From Obrimoposthia wandeli (taxonomy: Eukaryota), in assembly GCA_977020255.1 (NCBI GenBank), contig CDROCS010004567.1, forward strand, positions 1 to 64,000: a stretch of DNA of 64,000 nucleotides. Reading direction: 5' to 3'. A program made the position numbers and the translations under genes. The notes under the pieces were generated by a model. It made no database searches, was not told where the DNA came from, and saw only the letters and a program-made list of their open reading frames with translations. Positions 1 through 10,638 of the stretch are shown here, piece by piece (the stretch's first letter is position 1; the number at the start of each line of letters is the position of its first letter).

Positions 1-1706
1 TACCGCTTCGTACATTAATTACGTGCTGATTTGGACGAGTTGGCTAGTTTGATGAAATCTCAAGAATTTGCTCGGCCAGCCCTACGACAGCGCGTAGTGT
101 GGTAGTAGGAGTCATCTAAACCAACAGCTGCACTTGGATTGATAAGCACATAAAAACTATCTGCACTGCTTCTATAAGTAACTACCCAAGAAGGTAACCG
201 TTCATTTAGTCTGGTCGCGGTTTCTTTTAGAATTATGTCGCCGGTATCATCACCATGAATTAAGTTAATTTGAGAAAACTTATCTAAGTTTATTAACATT
301 GCGGTGATATTTTCGTTCAATAGTAAGGATTTATCGAAACATTTTTTTAAATCACGATCAAGAGAGTATCGATTCATCACCCCAGTAGTGTCATCATAAT
401 AAGCAAGTTGATGAATATCTTTTTCTGCTTTTTTTCTCTCTGTGATGTCTCGCACTATGCCAATAAAGACTTTATCATTTCCGTGCAGTACTTCTGATAT
501 CGATAATTCCATCGGAAAACTAGTGCCATCTTTTTTCATCGCAGGAAGCTCTCTTCCTATGCCAATGATTTTAGCATGACCTGTTTTGAGGTAGTTCTGC
601 ATATACTTATCATGCTTAGAAACAAAGGGCTTTGGCATTAATATTGAAACGTTTTGGCCAATCAGCTCTTGCTGTAAATAGCCAAATGTTTTTTCCACCA
701 TCCTATTGGCAGATAAAATAATGCCTTTACTAGAAATAGTGATAATACTATCGTTTAAATTATCAACAATTGTTTTTAAGTCTTCACTGGTCGATCTTTC
801 AGAGTCGAGTAGTTGTTTTTGTTCGGTTATGTCTTCGAATACACCGTAAATATGGGTTGCAACGCCTTGAGTATTACTTCTTATTTGCCCTGTTGTTTTT
901 ACCCACTTATGGTTGCCCTGAGCATCAACAAAAGGCAACTCTACCTGATAAGGTATCAACTGACTTACGGCTAACTCAAAGACATCTTTTATCGTTTTTT
1001 GAACTTCTGGACTGTAAAATTTAGTTGCCTGTTCTATTGTTATTTCTTCATCAGGCGATAAGCCATAAATCCGATATGTTTCTTCTGTCCAATGTGTTTT
1101 TCTTGTCGATATTTCGTAGTCCCAACCACCAATTTTGGCAAGCTTCTCTATTTCATTCATCAACTGGTATTGATGCTGGAGTTTAGTTTCAGCGACTGTA
1201 TTATCAAGTGCTAATAGCGCTCGTTCAAAGAGCTGCACTAAAATTCTACTGGCAAATAGTACATCGGTAGACCATTCGATATTTTTTTCACTGTCACCTA
1301 AAAATATAAAACCTCTATTTTTGCCTTTAATTTTCAAGGGAATAAGCAGAAGTGAACATAGCTGAAATCGAGATAATATTTTGCTGGTATTTATACCAAA
1401 TGATTCATAGGTGAAATAATTATTGATAATTATTTCAGAGGTGTTTTCTAAAAAAGAGAAAAGCTCAGCATCTTCTTTTTTAGCTAACCGTTGAGACGAT
1501 CTGTGATTGATCATGCCATCAAAAAAATCAGCTTCACAAAGGTAAGCTTGTTCGTCTTTATCTAATACCCACAGCCCTGCACGGTCGATAGAAAATAAAG
1601 AGGGGGTAATATATAGCCCTTCTTGTATTAACTGCTCCATACATCCAGAATCTACTGCGGAACTACTGGTTAAAGACATTAATAGGCTTGCATAATCAGT
1701 CATCAT
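1..1706 (-). CDS. GAF-PAS-PAS(heme, FixL-type)-degenerate GGDEF signalling protein; frame disrupted near position 110 and runs off the window start
   Basis: ORF 60..1706. FixL-like PAS segment ILMPKPFVSKHDKYMQNYLKTGHAKIIGIGRE...KKDGTSFPMELSISE; GGDEF entry AYYDDTTGVMNR...INLDKFSQIN...GDDTGD; active-site motif reads SSADSF. A +1 frame continues with GGDEF-like LAEQILEI. Confidence 0.8.
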
Positions 1707-1708
1707 CT

Positions 1709-3220
1709 TTATCCATTAAAAGCCTGGCCTAAAGCCCCAAGGGAGTTTGCTCTTGTTTTAATGTTTATGGTCTCGCTTTCTACGGTATTGGCTTGATGAA
1801 GATTATTTTGAGAAGCGTCACTGATGTTCATAATATTGCGACTGATTTCTTGCGATACCATGCTTTGTTCTTCTGATGCTGTTGATATTTGAATGGCTAA
1901 ATCAGAGATGTCAGTGATTGAGGAATAAACTTTCTCAACAACATTATGAGCTTCTGTTGCTTTTTCAACACAACTCTCAGCAGACTCTTTACCTTTAGTC
2001 ATTGTTTGCACCCAAGACAATAAAGTACTTTGCATTTCTGATATTGAGGTTTGTATTTGCTCTGTTGCCGCATGGGTTCTGCTTGATAATGCCCGAACTT
2101 CATCGGCTACAACCGAGTGCTGTAAGCCATGTTCTCCGGCTCTCGTTGATCGTGGTATTTAGTGCGACAATGCTTGTTTGATTCTTTTAACTTTGCATAT
2201 GCTGCTGACTTTTTCGTCTATGATTATTGCTGAAGATGCTGAATTAGCGACGTCTTGAGCTAATAGGTTCACTTTTTCCATGGTAAGGTGCATGGCTTTT
2301 GTGGCGATTTGACAATCTGAATGTGCTTGATTCACTTTTTGTGAAGTGAAAGTGGTATTTTGCGCAACTTCATCGATGGTGGCAACCATCTCCTCAACGG
2401 CCGTCGATACTTGATGTAGTTCGGTAGTTTCTTGCTCAGCGCCTTCTTTAGCTATTTGGGCCGCCTCTTCAAGGTTACTAGCACCAGAACTGAGTAAATT
2501 ACTACTATCGATAATGCGTCCTAAAATTGTTTTTATTTTACCTTCAGCAATCTTTAAATGAAAATCTGCAATGCCTTGAGGTTTAGTTCCACAATAAATT
2601 AAGCGTGAAACACTGTCATAATCAAGCGCTAGCTTTTTAAGATATTTAGGTGTATCTATAATTTCATTTTTATACGTTATAAAGGGTAAGAAAGGTAATA
2701 AAAACACCATGTATGGGTAATACATGGCGCTTATTAACGTGGTAATACTTAAGGTCCAGTATGCTAAGTTTTTAACTGTCGCATTTTGGTACCATTTAGT
2801 TAATGACTTGCCGCTTTGTAATGTTTGATAAGATGAAATCGCATTTTTCTTGGTTTCATCATCTAAACGTGTTCTGACAGATTGATAACCTACGAGCTCA
2901 CCAAGTTCAAAAATTGGTGTCACAAAAGCGTCTACCCAATAATATCGGCCATCTTTACAGCGATTTTTAACGACTCCACGCCAAGGTAAGCCTGACTGTA
3001 AATTTTCCCATAAATCTTTAAATGCAGCGGACGGCATATCGGGATGTCTTACAATATTATGATGTTGTCCGATAAGTTCATCGAGAGAGAAGCCAGCAAT
3101 TCGACAGAATTCTGGATTTGCATAGGTAATAACGCCGTTTTTATCCGTGGTAGAAATTAATTCCACACCCTTTTGAAAATTAACTTCCTCATTAATGATC
3201 GGTTGGTTTCTTTTTGTCAT
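1709..3220 (-). pseudogene. aer: Aerotaxis receptor Aer (PAS-TM-HAMP-MCP) with in-frame stop and garbled signalling hairpin (or assembly error)
   Basis: Aer PAS: LISTTDKNGVITYANPEFCRIAGF...HNIVRHPDMP...KNRCKDGRYYWV. ORFs 2159..3220 and 1709..2035 are in the same frame, joined by QALSH*IPRSTRAGEHGLQHSVVADEVRALSSRT where [31 protein letters not shown] is expected. Confidence 0.8.
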
Positions 3221-3437
3221 TGTGAATTCCTTTTAGATAAATTAATGATAATTACATCCGAGTAACAAAAATATATCGACCTATTGACAAAAACGACAAA
3301 AGCGACAATATCGGTGGAATATAGCTGAAATTCAATGTGAGCTCAATAAATAAAATAACTACATTGATCTAGGTTAATATTAGGGGGTGGGATACTGCTA
3401 TAGTGAAATCGACTTGTTTTTATTAAGGATTATTGGA

Positions 3438-4016
3438 TTGGATATCAGTAAAAAGTCTCTGTTAACACCCGCAGAGGCTGCTAAATTATTGCATGTAGCA
3501 CCAACGACTATTCGTCATTGGGCTCAAATCGGTCGATTACCTTTTATCTCTACTCCAGGTGGACATAGACGTTTTGATAGAGACGACATCTTATCCTTAA
3601 TGTCTAAACCTAAATCTAATGTCAAAAAAAATATCTCTATCTTGATCATTGAGGATGATAAAGCGTTTGCAGACATGCTCATTCAGTTTTTAGAAAATCT
3701 TTTTCCGCACGCGAAAATTCAAATAGCCTACAATCCTTTTGATGCAGGTGATTTACTGCATACTTTTAAGCCTGATGTAGTAATGCTAGATTTAATGATG
3801 GTAGGGATGGATGGATTTTCTATTTGTCACCGTATTAAAAGTACGCCCGCAACCGCAAATATTATAGTTATTGCAATGACTGGCGCATTAACTGATGATA
3901 ATGTGAATAGGATAGTTAAACTCGGGGCTGAAACTTGCTTTGGAAAACCGCTAAACTTTACGCTTTTAAAAAAGACAATCAAACAACTTGTCGAGCAAAA
4001 AAAGGCGATCCCTTAG
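3438..4016 (+). CDS. Response regulator with N-terminal MerR/excisionase-type HTH and C-terminal REC domain
   Basis: LLTPAEAAKLLHVAPTTIRHWAQIGRLPFISTPGGHRRF, then ILIIEDD...PDVVMLDLMM...KP. TTG start at 3438 after AAGGA preferred over the GTG at 3387. Confidence 0.85.
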   Translation: MDISKKSLLTPAEAAKLLHVAPTTIRHWAQIGRLPFISTPGGHRRFDRDDILSLMSKPKSNVKKNISILIIEDDKAFADMLIQFLENLFPHAKIQIAYNPFDAGDLLHTFKPDVVMLDLMMVGMDGFSICHRIKSTPATANIIVIAMTGALTDDNVNRIVKLGAETCFGKPLNFTLLKKTIKQLVEQKKAIP

Positions 4017-4074
4017 CTATAGCGGACATCTTATTACGACTATTAATAACACTAGCTTTTATAGAGTTTTAACG

Positions 4075-5919
4075 ATGCCAATCGAAGCAGAACAGAATAT
4101 CTACGAGAAATTCTTTAACCTATCTATTGATATGTTATGTGTAGCTAATACAACGGGGTACTTCCAAACCATTAACCCCTCATTTACCCAAGTTTTAGGC
4201 TATAGCGAAGAAGAATTACTATCAGCGCCAATCCTTGATTTCATACATCCAGATGATGTCGATAAAACAGCACAAGAATTTGCCAAATTAAACTCAGGAC
4301 ATGATTCTTTATTTTTTGAAAATAGATATCGGCATAAAAACAATCACTATCTAACTTTTGCCTGGAACGGTTATATTGAGGGTGATTCGGGGCTTATCTA
4401 TGCCGTTGCTCGTGATATTACAGAGCAAGTTAAAGTGCGAAATAAACTGCAATACTTACAGCGCGCATTAGCGCAAGAAACTATTTATGCTGAAACCGAT
4501 ATAAGCGGTGTCATCACAAAAGTTAATGATAATTTTTGTGAAATATCGGGATATTCAAAAGCAGAATTAATAGGTAACACACATAAATTAATTAATTCTG
4601 ACCATCACCCTACCTCTTTCTTTAGTGAGATATGGAGAAAAATATCATCAGGAAAGATTTGGTCAGGCGCAATAAAAAATCGCAAAAAAAATGGTGATTA
4701 CTATTTTGTACAAAGCATATTAGTCCCTATATTTGATAATAATGAGAAAATCACTAATTACATTGCTATAAGGCAAGATATAACCGACAAAGTTAATAGT
4801 GAACATGATCGTTTAAAGGCGCTTGAGATCCTCAGTGAAACAAGTTCAGCTGCAAAAGTTGGCGGTTGGGAAATGGATGTTGCTAGCGGCGCGCTAACGT
4901 GGACCAATGAAACCTTTAGGATATTAGACGTTGAACAAGTGGACGGATTATCGCCGATGTTACCCGAAGGATTGCAGTTATTTATTGCTGAAGACCAGCC
5001 CATCATTGAAAAAGCAATTCACAGGGCTATCGAATTTGGCGAATCTTATGGCTTAGAGCTACAAGCGAGAACACCAAAAGGTGATATAAAATGGATATAT
5101 ACCAATGGGAAAGCTAACTATATAGATGGTAAAATCGAAACAATATCAGGGACTATTCAAGACATTCATCAACGTAAAATTACCGAGATAAAGTATAATC
5201 AAGAAAGACAAAAAAGTATTATGAACGCAAAGTTTGCAGCACTTGGCGAGCTATCAGCAAGTGTTGCCCATGAGATAAATAATCCACTAGGTGTTATATC
5301 TGGCTATGCTGAATTATTACAATTAACCAACACCACTGCATCTCCAGAAGATATTTTAGCAAAATCAGCTATTATTTTAAGGTCTTGTGATCGAATTACT
5401 CATATCGTTAAGAGTTTGAAAAAATTCTCCCGAAGCGATGAAGCAATCCAACATACTACTTGCTCACTTAAAAATCTTATTAGTGAAGCGATAGTACTCA
5501 CTAGACCCAAACTAAAACTTTGTATGATAGAGCTGCAATGTGAGTATATCGAAGAGAGTAATATTCTGTGTAATGAAATAGAAATTGAACAAGTTATTGT
5601 AAACTTAATTAATAACGCTATTGATGCTCTTTCAGAATTGTCTGAAAAGTGGATTGATATCTTAGTCACAGAAACGACACAAGATTACATCGTTTCAATC
5701 ACCGATGCTGGTTTCACCATTCCATTAGATAAGCAGTTATCAATATTCGAACCATTTTTTACTACAAAAAATACGGGAGAAGGTACAGGACTTGGTTTAT
5801 CTATTGTAAAGGGGATTTTAGATAATCATGGAGCCAAAATTGCGATCGATAATAACAACAAAAATACATCTTTTGTTATTCATTTTCCGAAATTAAACAA
5901 CAAAGTGAATCAGGATTAA
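4075..5919 (+). CDS. Multi-PAS sensor histidine kinase (cytoplasmic)
   Basis: Three PAS domains; H-box SVAHEINNPLG; N-box NLINNAIDA; G-box FFTTKNTGEGTGLGL. ATG at 4075 is in frame with ORF 3988..5919. Confidence 0.9.
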   Translation: MPIEAEQNIYEKFFNLSIDMLCVANTTGYFQTINPSFTQVLGYSEEELLSAPILDFIHPDDVDKTAQEFAKLNSGHDSLFFENRYRHKNNHYLTFAWNGYIEGDSGLIYAVARDITEQVKVRNKLQYLQRALAQETIYAETDISGVITKVNDNFCEISGYSKAELIGNTHKLINSDHHPTSFFSEIWRKISSGKIWSGAIKNRKKNGDYYFVQSILVPIFDNNEKITNYIAIRQDITDKVNSEHDRLKALEILSETSSAAKVGGWEMDVASGALTWTNETFRILDVEQVDGLSPMLPEGLQLFIAEDQPIIEKAIHRAIEFGESYGLELQARTPKGDIKWIYTNGKANYIDGKIETISGTIQDIHQRKITEIKYNQERQKSIMNAKFAALGELSASVAHEINNPLGVISGYAELLQLTNTTASPEDILAKSAIILRSCDRITHIVKSLKKFSRSDEAIQHTTCSLKNLISEAIVLTRPKLKLCMIELQCEYIEESNILCNEIEIEQVIVNLINNAIDALSELSEKWIDILVTETTQDYIVSITDAGFTIPLDKQLSIFEPFFTTKNTGEGTGLGLSIVKGILDNHGAKIAIDNNNKNTSFVIHFPKLNNKVNQD

Positions 5920-5920
5920 T

Positions 5921-6277
5921 ATGCCAATCAAGGTTGTTTATATTGATGATGAAGAAATGTTATGCCAGATGTTCAAAGAATATCTACACTCAGATGAAAT
6001 TAACCTTGCGGTTTTTACTGACGAAGAACCAGGCATAGAATATTGCAATAATAACAACCCAGATTTGATCTTTATTGACTACCGATTAAAAAAACAAAAT
6101 GGGGTTGAGGTCGCTAAGGCGATTGCCAGTGATTCGATAAAAATTTTAATCACTGGAGAACTCGATGTAACGATGGATGCTTGCTTTGACCATAAAATTG
6201 AAAAACCCTACCGACTGGCTGATATCAAAAACTTCATTATTGAAGCCGTTAAGATGAAGGCATTACCTAATCAATAA
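5921..6277 (+). CDS. Single-domain response regulator (REC)
   Basis: VVYIDDEE...PDLIFIDY...ILITG...IEKP; starts 1 nt after the kinase stop. Confidence 0.85.
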   Translation: MPIKVVYIDDEEMLCQMFKEYLHSDEINLAVFTDEEPGIEYCNNNNPDLIFIDYRLKKQNGVEVAKAIASDSIKILITGELDVTMDACFDHKIEKPYRLADIKNFIIEAVKMKALPNQ

Positions 6278-6339
6278 AATGATTCTGCAAGTTAATGAGG
6301 TTATTGAGAAATAAATGAAAAAAAATGAGAGCGTAGCAA

Positions 6340-6813
6340 TTGTCTAAATTAACCCCCAAGCTACATAATATCGGTGAACTATATGATATTAATGAGCAAA
6401 TCATCCCTTTAAAAGCACTTGCAGATAGAGAGCGAACCTCTATTTATGGCTTAACTGGCATGGTTTACACCCCACATATAGATGACTATATGCAGGCCAG
6501 TATAAAAAAATCCGAGATACTCGCGTGTTTAAAAAAACAGGGGATAATACCATTAACAGAGGTAGAATTAATTAGTACAGCATTGGATTTTTTACATAAA
6601 AGAGCTAAGAATAATGCTGTTGTTGAATATGACGGTAATTCTTATCAACGCCGATTCTCTCCACTAAAGTTAAGCAAGTCAGGGAAAGTTGTTCGAACAT
6701 GGGCAAGATATTGGTTTTTACAGTTACCGAGTGGCAGAGTTGACCCCAAGTGGGAATCTCAGGTACGAGAGATTTGGCCAACTTATTTTTTGATCAGAGC
6801 AATAGATATTTAG
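6340..6813 (+). CDS. Hypothetical protein
   Basis: 157-codon ORF with TTG start after GAGAG; fills the gap between the REC gene and LysR; no family recognised. Confidence 0.6.
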   Translation: MSKLTPKLHNIGELYDINEQIIPLKALADRERTSIYGLTGMVYTPHIDDYMQASIKKSEILACLKKQGIIPLTEVELISTALDFLHKRAKNNAVVEYDGNSYQRRFSPLKLSKSGKVVRTWARYWFLQLPSGRVDPKWESQVREIWPTYFLIRAIDI

Positions 6814-6848
6814 CTCGGTAAGCTTTCGATAAATCGTCCGATTGGCCT

Positions 6849-7730
6849 TTAAAACTCTTTATCAAAATATTGCTGAGTAAAATTGAGGAAGGTCGATATT
6901 CTTTTTGACTGATGAATACGTTGTGGATGTATCAGATAAATCATCGAACCGCTTGGCATTTTCTCTTCAAATATCGCCTTAAGTTTGCCTGACTTTAGTT
7001 CCTTGTCTACTAAATATTTAGGCACTCTAATAATACCTTTACCCGCTAAAGCGAGTCTTTTTAGCATATTGTTATCATTAACTTCTAACCAGCCCTGTGT
7101 TGGTACTGCTTCTTGTTGAAATTGCCAGGTAACTTGTTCTTGTCCCCTGAGGCATTCATGATTTATTAAATCAGTTGGAGTTTTTGGTGTGCCTTTTTCC
7201 GCAAAATACTCAGGAGATGCGCAACAGCAATGTTGATAAGACATTAAATGTTTAGCGACCATGTTTTGGGGTGGCTCATTGGTTGCTCTAAAGGCTAAAT
7301 CAAAATCACTTCTGTTTAAATCAAACCGGGTGTAACTGCAATTAATTGAAAATTCGATGGCAGGGTGTAATTGCTTAAACTTTGAAAAAACATCAAATAA
7401 AAATCGTTCGGCAAATCCGCCAGGTGCGGTAATTTTTATTCGTCCTTCTATTGTATTACCTTCATGTTCAGCACTTCTTTCTAACTCTAATAGGTCATGG
7501 CGGATCTTATTCATACCGCTAAGAACACGTTCACCCTCAGGTGTTAAGCGGACACTTCTTGTTGAACGAATCAACAAAACCATCTCCATATCTTGTTCTA
7601 AACGCCTAATTTGGCTAGAAAGATGGCCACGAGAAATATTTAGCTTTTCAGCTGCGGCGGTAAAACTTAAGTGCTCAGCGACTTCACTAAATAGCATTAA
7701 ACGTTCAAGTTTTTTGTGTTCTTTCATCAT
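6849..7730 (-). CDS. LysR-family transcriptional regulator
   Basis: N-terminal HTH FSEVAEHLSFTAAAEKLNISRGHLSSQIRRLE...LLIRSTRSVRLTPEG; divergent from an aldo/keto reductase. Confidence 0.92.
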   Translation of the reverse strand: MMKEHKKLERLMLFSEVAEHLSFTAAAEKLNISRGHLSSQIRRLEQDMEMVLLIRSTRSVRLTPEGERVLSGMNKIRHDLLELERSAEHEGNTIEGRIKITAPGGFAERFLFDVFSKFKQLHPAIEFSINCSYTRFDLNRSDFDLAFRATNEPPQNMVAKHLMSYQHCCCASPEYFAEKGTPKTPTDLINHECLRGQEQVTWQFQQEAVPTQGWLEVNDNNMLKRLALAGKGIIRVPKYLVDKELKSGKLKAIFEEKMPSGSMIYLIHPQRIHQSKRISTFLNFTQQYFDKEF

Positions 7731-7752
7731 TAGGTTAAATCAATAATCGGCC

Positions 7753-7774
7753 ATTGTTTTTTATACTAAACAAT
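7753..7774. promoter_or_regulatory. Putative LysR operator ATTGTTT-N8-AAACAAT
   Basis: Perfect 7-bp inverted repeat in the divergent LysR/AKR promoter region. Confidence 0.45.
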
Positions 7775-7889
7775 GATTATTTTTTTGTCATATTTTATTT
7801 GCTAATGTTTTAGTGAAGAATACACATATAAGAGAATCAATTATCATAAACAGCCATGATTCTAGCAGCCATTTTCCATAGGAATGTAA

Positions 7890-8867
7890 ATGAATAGTAA
7901 TAAATACCCGTTATCGCGATCAATAAAAAACAATAGCTCACTTGTCTTTGGTTGCATGGGATTAGGCGGTACTTGGGATAAAAATCCTGTTAGCGCAGCA
8001 GATATAAAAAAAGCCCATGAGGTTGTTGATGCTGCTATTGATTCAGGTATCAAATTATTTGACCATGCAGACATTTATACTTTTGGTAAAGCTGAACAAG
8101 TTTTTGGTGAAGTATTAAAAGCACGTCCCGAATTACGCGAGTTAATATCTATTCAATCAAAATGTGGCATTAGATTTGAAGATATTTTAGGACCCCAGCG
8201 GTATGACTGTTCGCCTGAGTGGATTATAAATTCAGTTGAAAATAGTCTGTCTCGGTTAAACATAGAGCAATTAGATATATTAATGCTTCATCGCCCAGAT
8301 CCCCTGATGGAACCTGAATTAGTTGCCCAAGCTTTTGATACGTTATCTGCTAGCGGAAAAGTCAAAAACTTTGGTGTTTCGAACATGCAGCACCATCAAA
8401 TGGCCTTTTTATCAGCAGCATTATCACAGCCTTTAGTCGTCAACCAAGTTGAACTCAGCTTAAGCCATTTAGCTTGGCTAGAAGAAGGCGTAACGTCAGG
8501 GAATTCTGGAGAACCGTCGGTAAACTATGGTGCAGGTACCATTGAATATTGCCGACAAAACAATATACAGCTGCAATCATGGGGCTGCTTAAGCCAAGGT
8601 TTGTTTACCGGACATGATATTTCTCAAGAACCGCTTCATATTCAGCAAACGGCAGAGCTAATTACTAAGTTGGCCGCTGAGTATCAGGTGAGTAAAGAGG
8701 CCGTAGTATTATCGTGGTTAAAGCGTCATCCTGCGAATATTCAACCCGTTATTGGTACCACCAATGTTGAACGTATTAAAGCCTGTGCAGAAGTTGATAA
8801 CATCAACCTAACGAGAGAGCATTGGTATGCATTATGGCTTTGCGCAAGAGGGCACGCATTACCATAA
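7890..8867 (+). CDS. Aldo/keto reductase (YdhF-like)
   Basis: FDHADIY, IQSKCG, SLSRLNIEQLDILMLHRPDPL, GVSN, NQVELS motifs. Confidence 0.9.
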   Translation: MNSNKYPLSRSIKNNSSLVFGCMGLGGTWDKNPVSAADIKKAHEVVDAAIDSGIKLFDHADIYTFGKAEQVFGEVLKARPELRELISIQSKCGIRFEDILGPQRYDCSPEWIINSVENSLSRLNIEQLDILMLHRPDPLMEPELVAQAFDTLSASGKVKNFGVSNMQHHQMAFLSAALSQPLVVNQVELSLSHLAWLEEGVTSGNSGEPSVNYGAGTIEYCRQNNIQLQSWGCLSQGLFTGHDISQEPLHIQQTAELITKLAAEYQVSKEAVVLSWLKRHPANIQPVIGTTNVERIKACAEVDNINLTREHWYALWLCARGHALP

Positions 8868-8942
8868 AATACAGTTGAAGCCATATAACAGTCAATCCTG
8901 AAAATGTTCTACCTAGGATAAGTTAATGCTCTCAAACTCGTG

Positions 8943-9761
8943 CTATTCATCATTTATTCTAGAACTTAGCTTAAAGCCACTGTTGCGATATTGCTGTGGT
9001 GTTTGTTGAAATAATTTTTTAAAGGCAAAAATAAATGATGAGTCGGCGTTATAGCCAACTTTAAATGCAATTTCTTGCACAGAAAGGTTAGTTTCCAGTA
9101 AATTCAATGATGACACTAATCTAAGGTGCTGGCGCCAAAGCGGGAATGTCATACCGAGTTCTTTAGTGAATAACCTTGAGAGTGTTCTTTCTGATGCTCC
9201 CACCTGCGTGGCCCAGTCAGATAACTTGGTATCCAGTTGTGGATCTGCCATCAATGCGTTGAAAATAATCATCAACCGTCGATCACTCGGTAGTAACAAT
9301 TTCATTTCGTATGACTCTCCACTCGATATTTGATCAATCAACACTGCCACTAATTTAGATAGTTCCCCCTCTGAAGCGATCGAGTTACTGACACAATTAT
9401 TGATATATAAGACCAATTCTCTTAGAAAGGGTGTCACAGATATGGCCTTAGCTTTTAGTGGGAATTGATCATGAAATTGAGGGTTGAGGTAAATGCCAAT
9501 AAATTTGGTATCAGTCACGACAAATGATTCATGACGTGTATTGGCAGGAATAAACAACATACCACTATGAGGAATAACAAACTGACTATCCGCAACTTTG
9601 GTTTGCAGTATGCCTTCAAATGGAAATGCAATTTGGTGCCATGGATGTTGATGCCATTTATCAATATAACCTTTCGCCATTTGTTCTACTTTCGCCGTTA
9701 CTTGAAAGTCAGTGCGTTCACGAATTAATAAGTTAGCTTCTTTTATTTGGCGGGTTGTCAT
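8943..9761 (-). CDS. AraC-family regulator with cupin sensor domain
   Basis: HQHPWHQIAF cupin; SERTLSRLF; AFKVGYNADSSFIFAFKK. Confidence 0.9.
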   Translation of the reverse strand: MTTRQIKEANLLIRERTDFQVTAKVEQMAKGYIDKWHQHPWHQIAFPFEGILQTKVADSQFVIPHSGMLFIPANTRHESFVVTDTKFIGIYLNPQFHDQFPLKAKAISVTPFLRELVLYINNCVSNSIASEGELSKLVAVLIDQISSGESYEMKLLLPSDRRLMIIFNALMADPQLDTKLSDWATQVGASERTLSRLFTKELGMTFPLWRQHLRLVSSLNLLETNLSVQEIAFKVGYNADSSFIFAFKKLFQQTPQQYRNSGFKLSSRINDE

Positions 9762-9862
9762 TGTTTACTGTCTTAATGTAGATATTGTGATTGTAGAAGT
9801 AATGCTAGCATAAGAAGTCAGTTAGGCAATATGAATTCAAGCGCTATGAGAGAGAGCAATCC

Positions 9863-10582
9863 ATGAAAGTACACTTTATTATCCATGAAGCATATGAAGG
9901 GCCAGGGGCACTTTTAAGCTGGGCAGAAGAGCGAAATTATAGTGTTACTCGTAGTAAAATTTATCTGGGTGAAGCCTTACCCCTAGTTAATAATGCTATC
10001 GATTTACTCATTGTGTTAGGTGGACCGCAATGTCCTGCAACCACAGTAGAAGAGTCCCCTTACTTTAAAGCGAATGAAGAGACTGATTTTATCCGTCGTT
10101 GTATTGAAAATGGCAAAGCGGTATTAGGAGTTTGCTTAGGCGCTCAGCTTATTGGTGATGCACTGGGGGCTAAATTTGAACAAAGCCCACACAAAGAAAT
10201 AGGTTATTTTTCCATAGCGTTAACTGAATCAGGTAGACAACACTCTAACTTATCACACTTTAATGCCACGGAAATTGTTGGTCACTGGCATAATGATATG
10301 CCAGGTTTAACGCCAACGAGTAAGATCTTAGCAGCAAGTGCAGGCTGTCCGAGACAGATCATTGAGTACTCACCGTTGGTTTATGGTTTTCAATGCCACT
10401 TAGAATTCACCGCTGAATCGCTGGCGGATTTAATTATGGTTTCTCATGATGAATTTGAAAAAATCGGTCACCATAACTACATACAAGATCCTGAGAACAT
10501 AATGGCGAGCAGTAGCTTAGCTATGAATACCTTATTGTTTGGATTTATGGATAAATTAGTACTTTCATATGAAACGAAATAA
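9863..10582 (+). CDS. Type 1 glutamine amidotransferase-like protein
   Basis: VLGGPQ, LGVCLGAQL (nucleophile Cys), FQCHLE (His-x-Glu). Confidence 0.88.
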   Translation: MKVHFIIHEAYEGPGALLSWAEERNYSVTRSKIYLGEALPLVNNAIDLLIVLGGPQCPATTVEESPYFKANEETDFIRRCIENGKAVLGVCLGAQLIGDALGAKFEQSPHKEIGYFSIALTESGRQHSNLSHFNATEIVGHWHNDMPGLTPTSKILAASAGCPRQIIEYSPLVYGFQCHLEFTAESLADLIMVSHDEFEKIGHHNYIQDPENIMASSSLAMNTLLFGFMDKLVLSYETK

Positions 10583-10638
10583 AAATCAGTTAATCAGGTC
10601 TTATTGGCACTTATTATTTTAATACACTCAGGATCTAT

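Noticed and set aside
1-110. IS insertion truncating the GGDEF gene
   Set aside because: No terminal repeat recognised, and the alternative frame still reads as GGDEF-like protein.
4019-4029. ATAGCGGACAT, similar to the islet motif
   Set aside because: Isolated copy; a few AGCGGAC hits are expected by chance in 64 kb.
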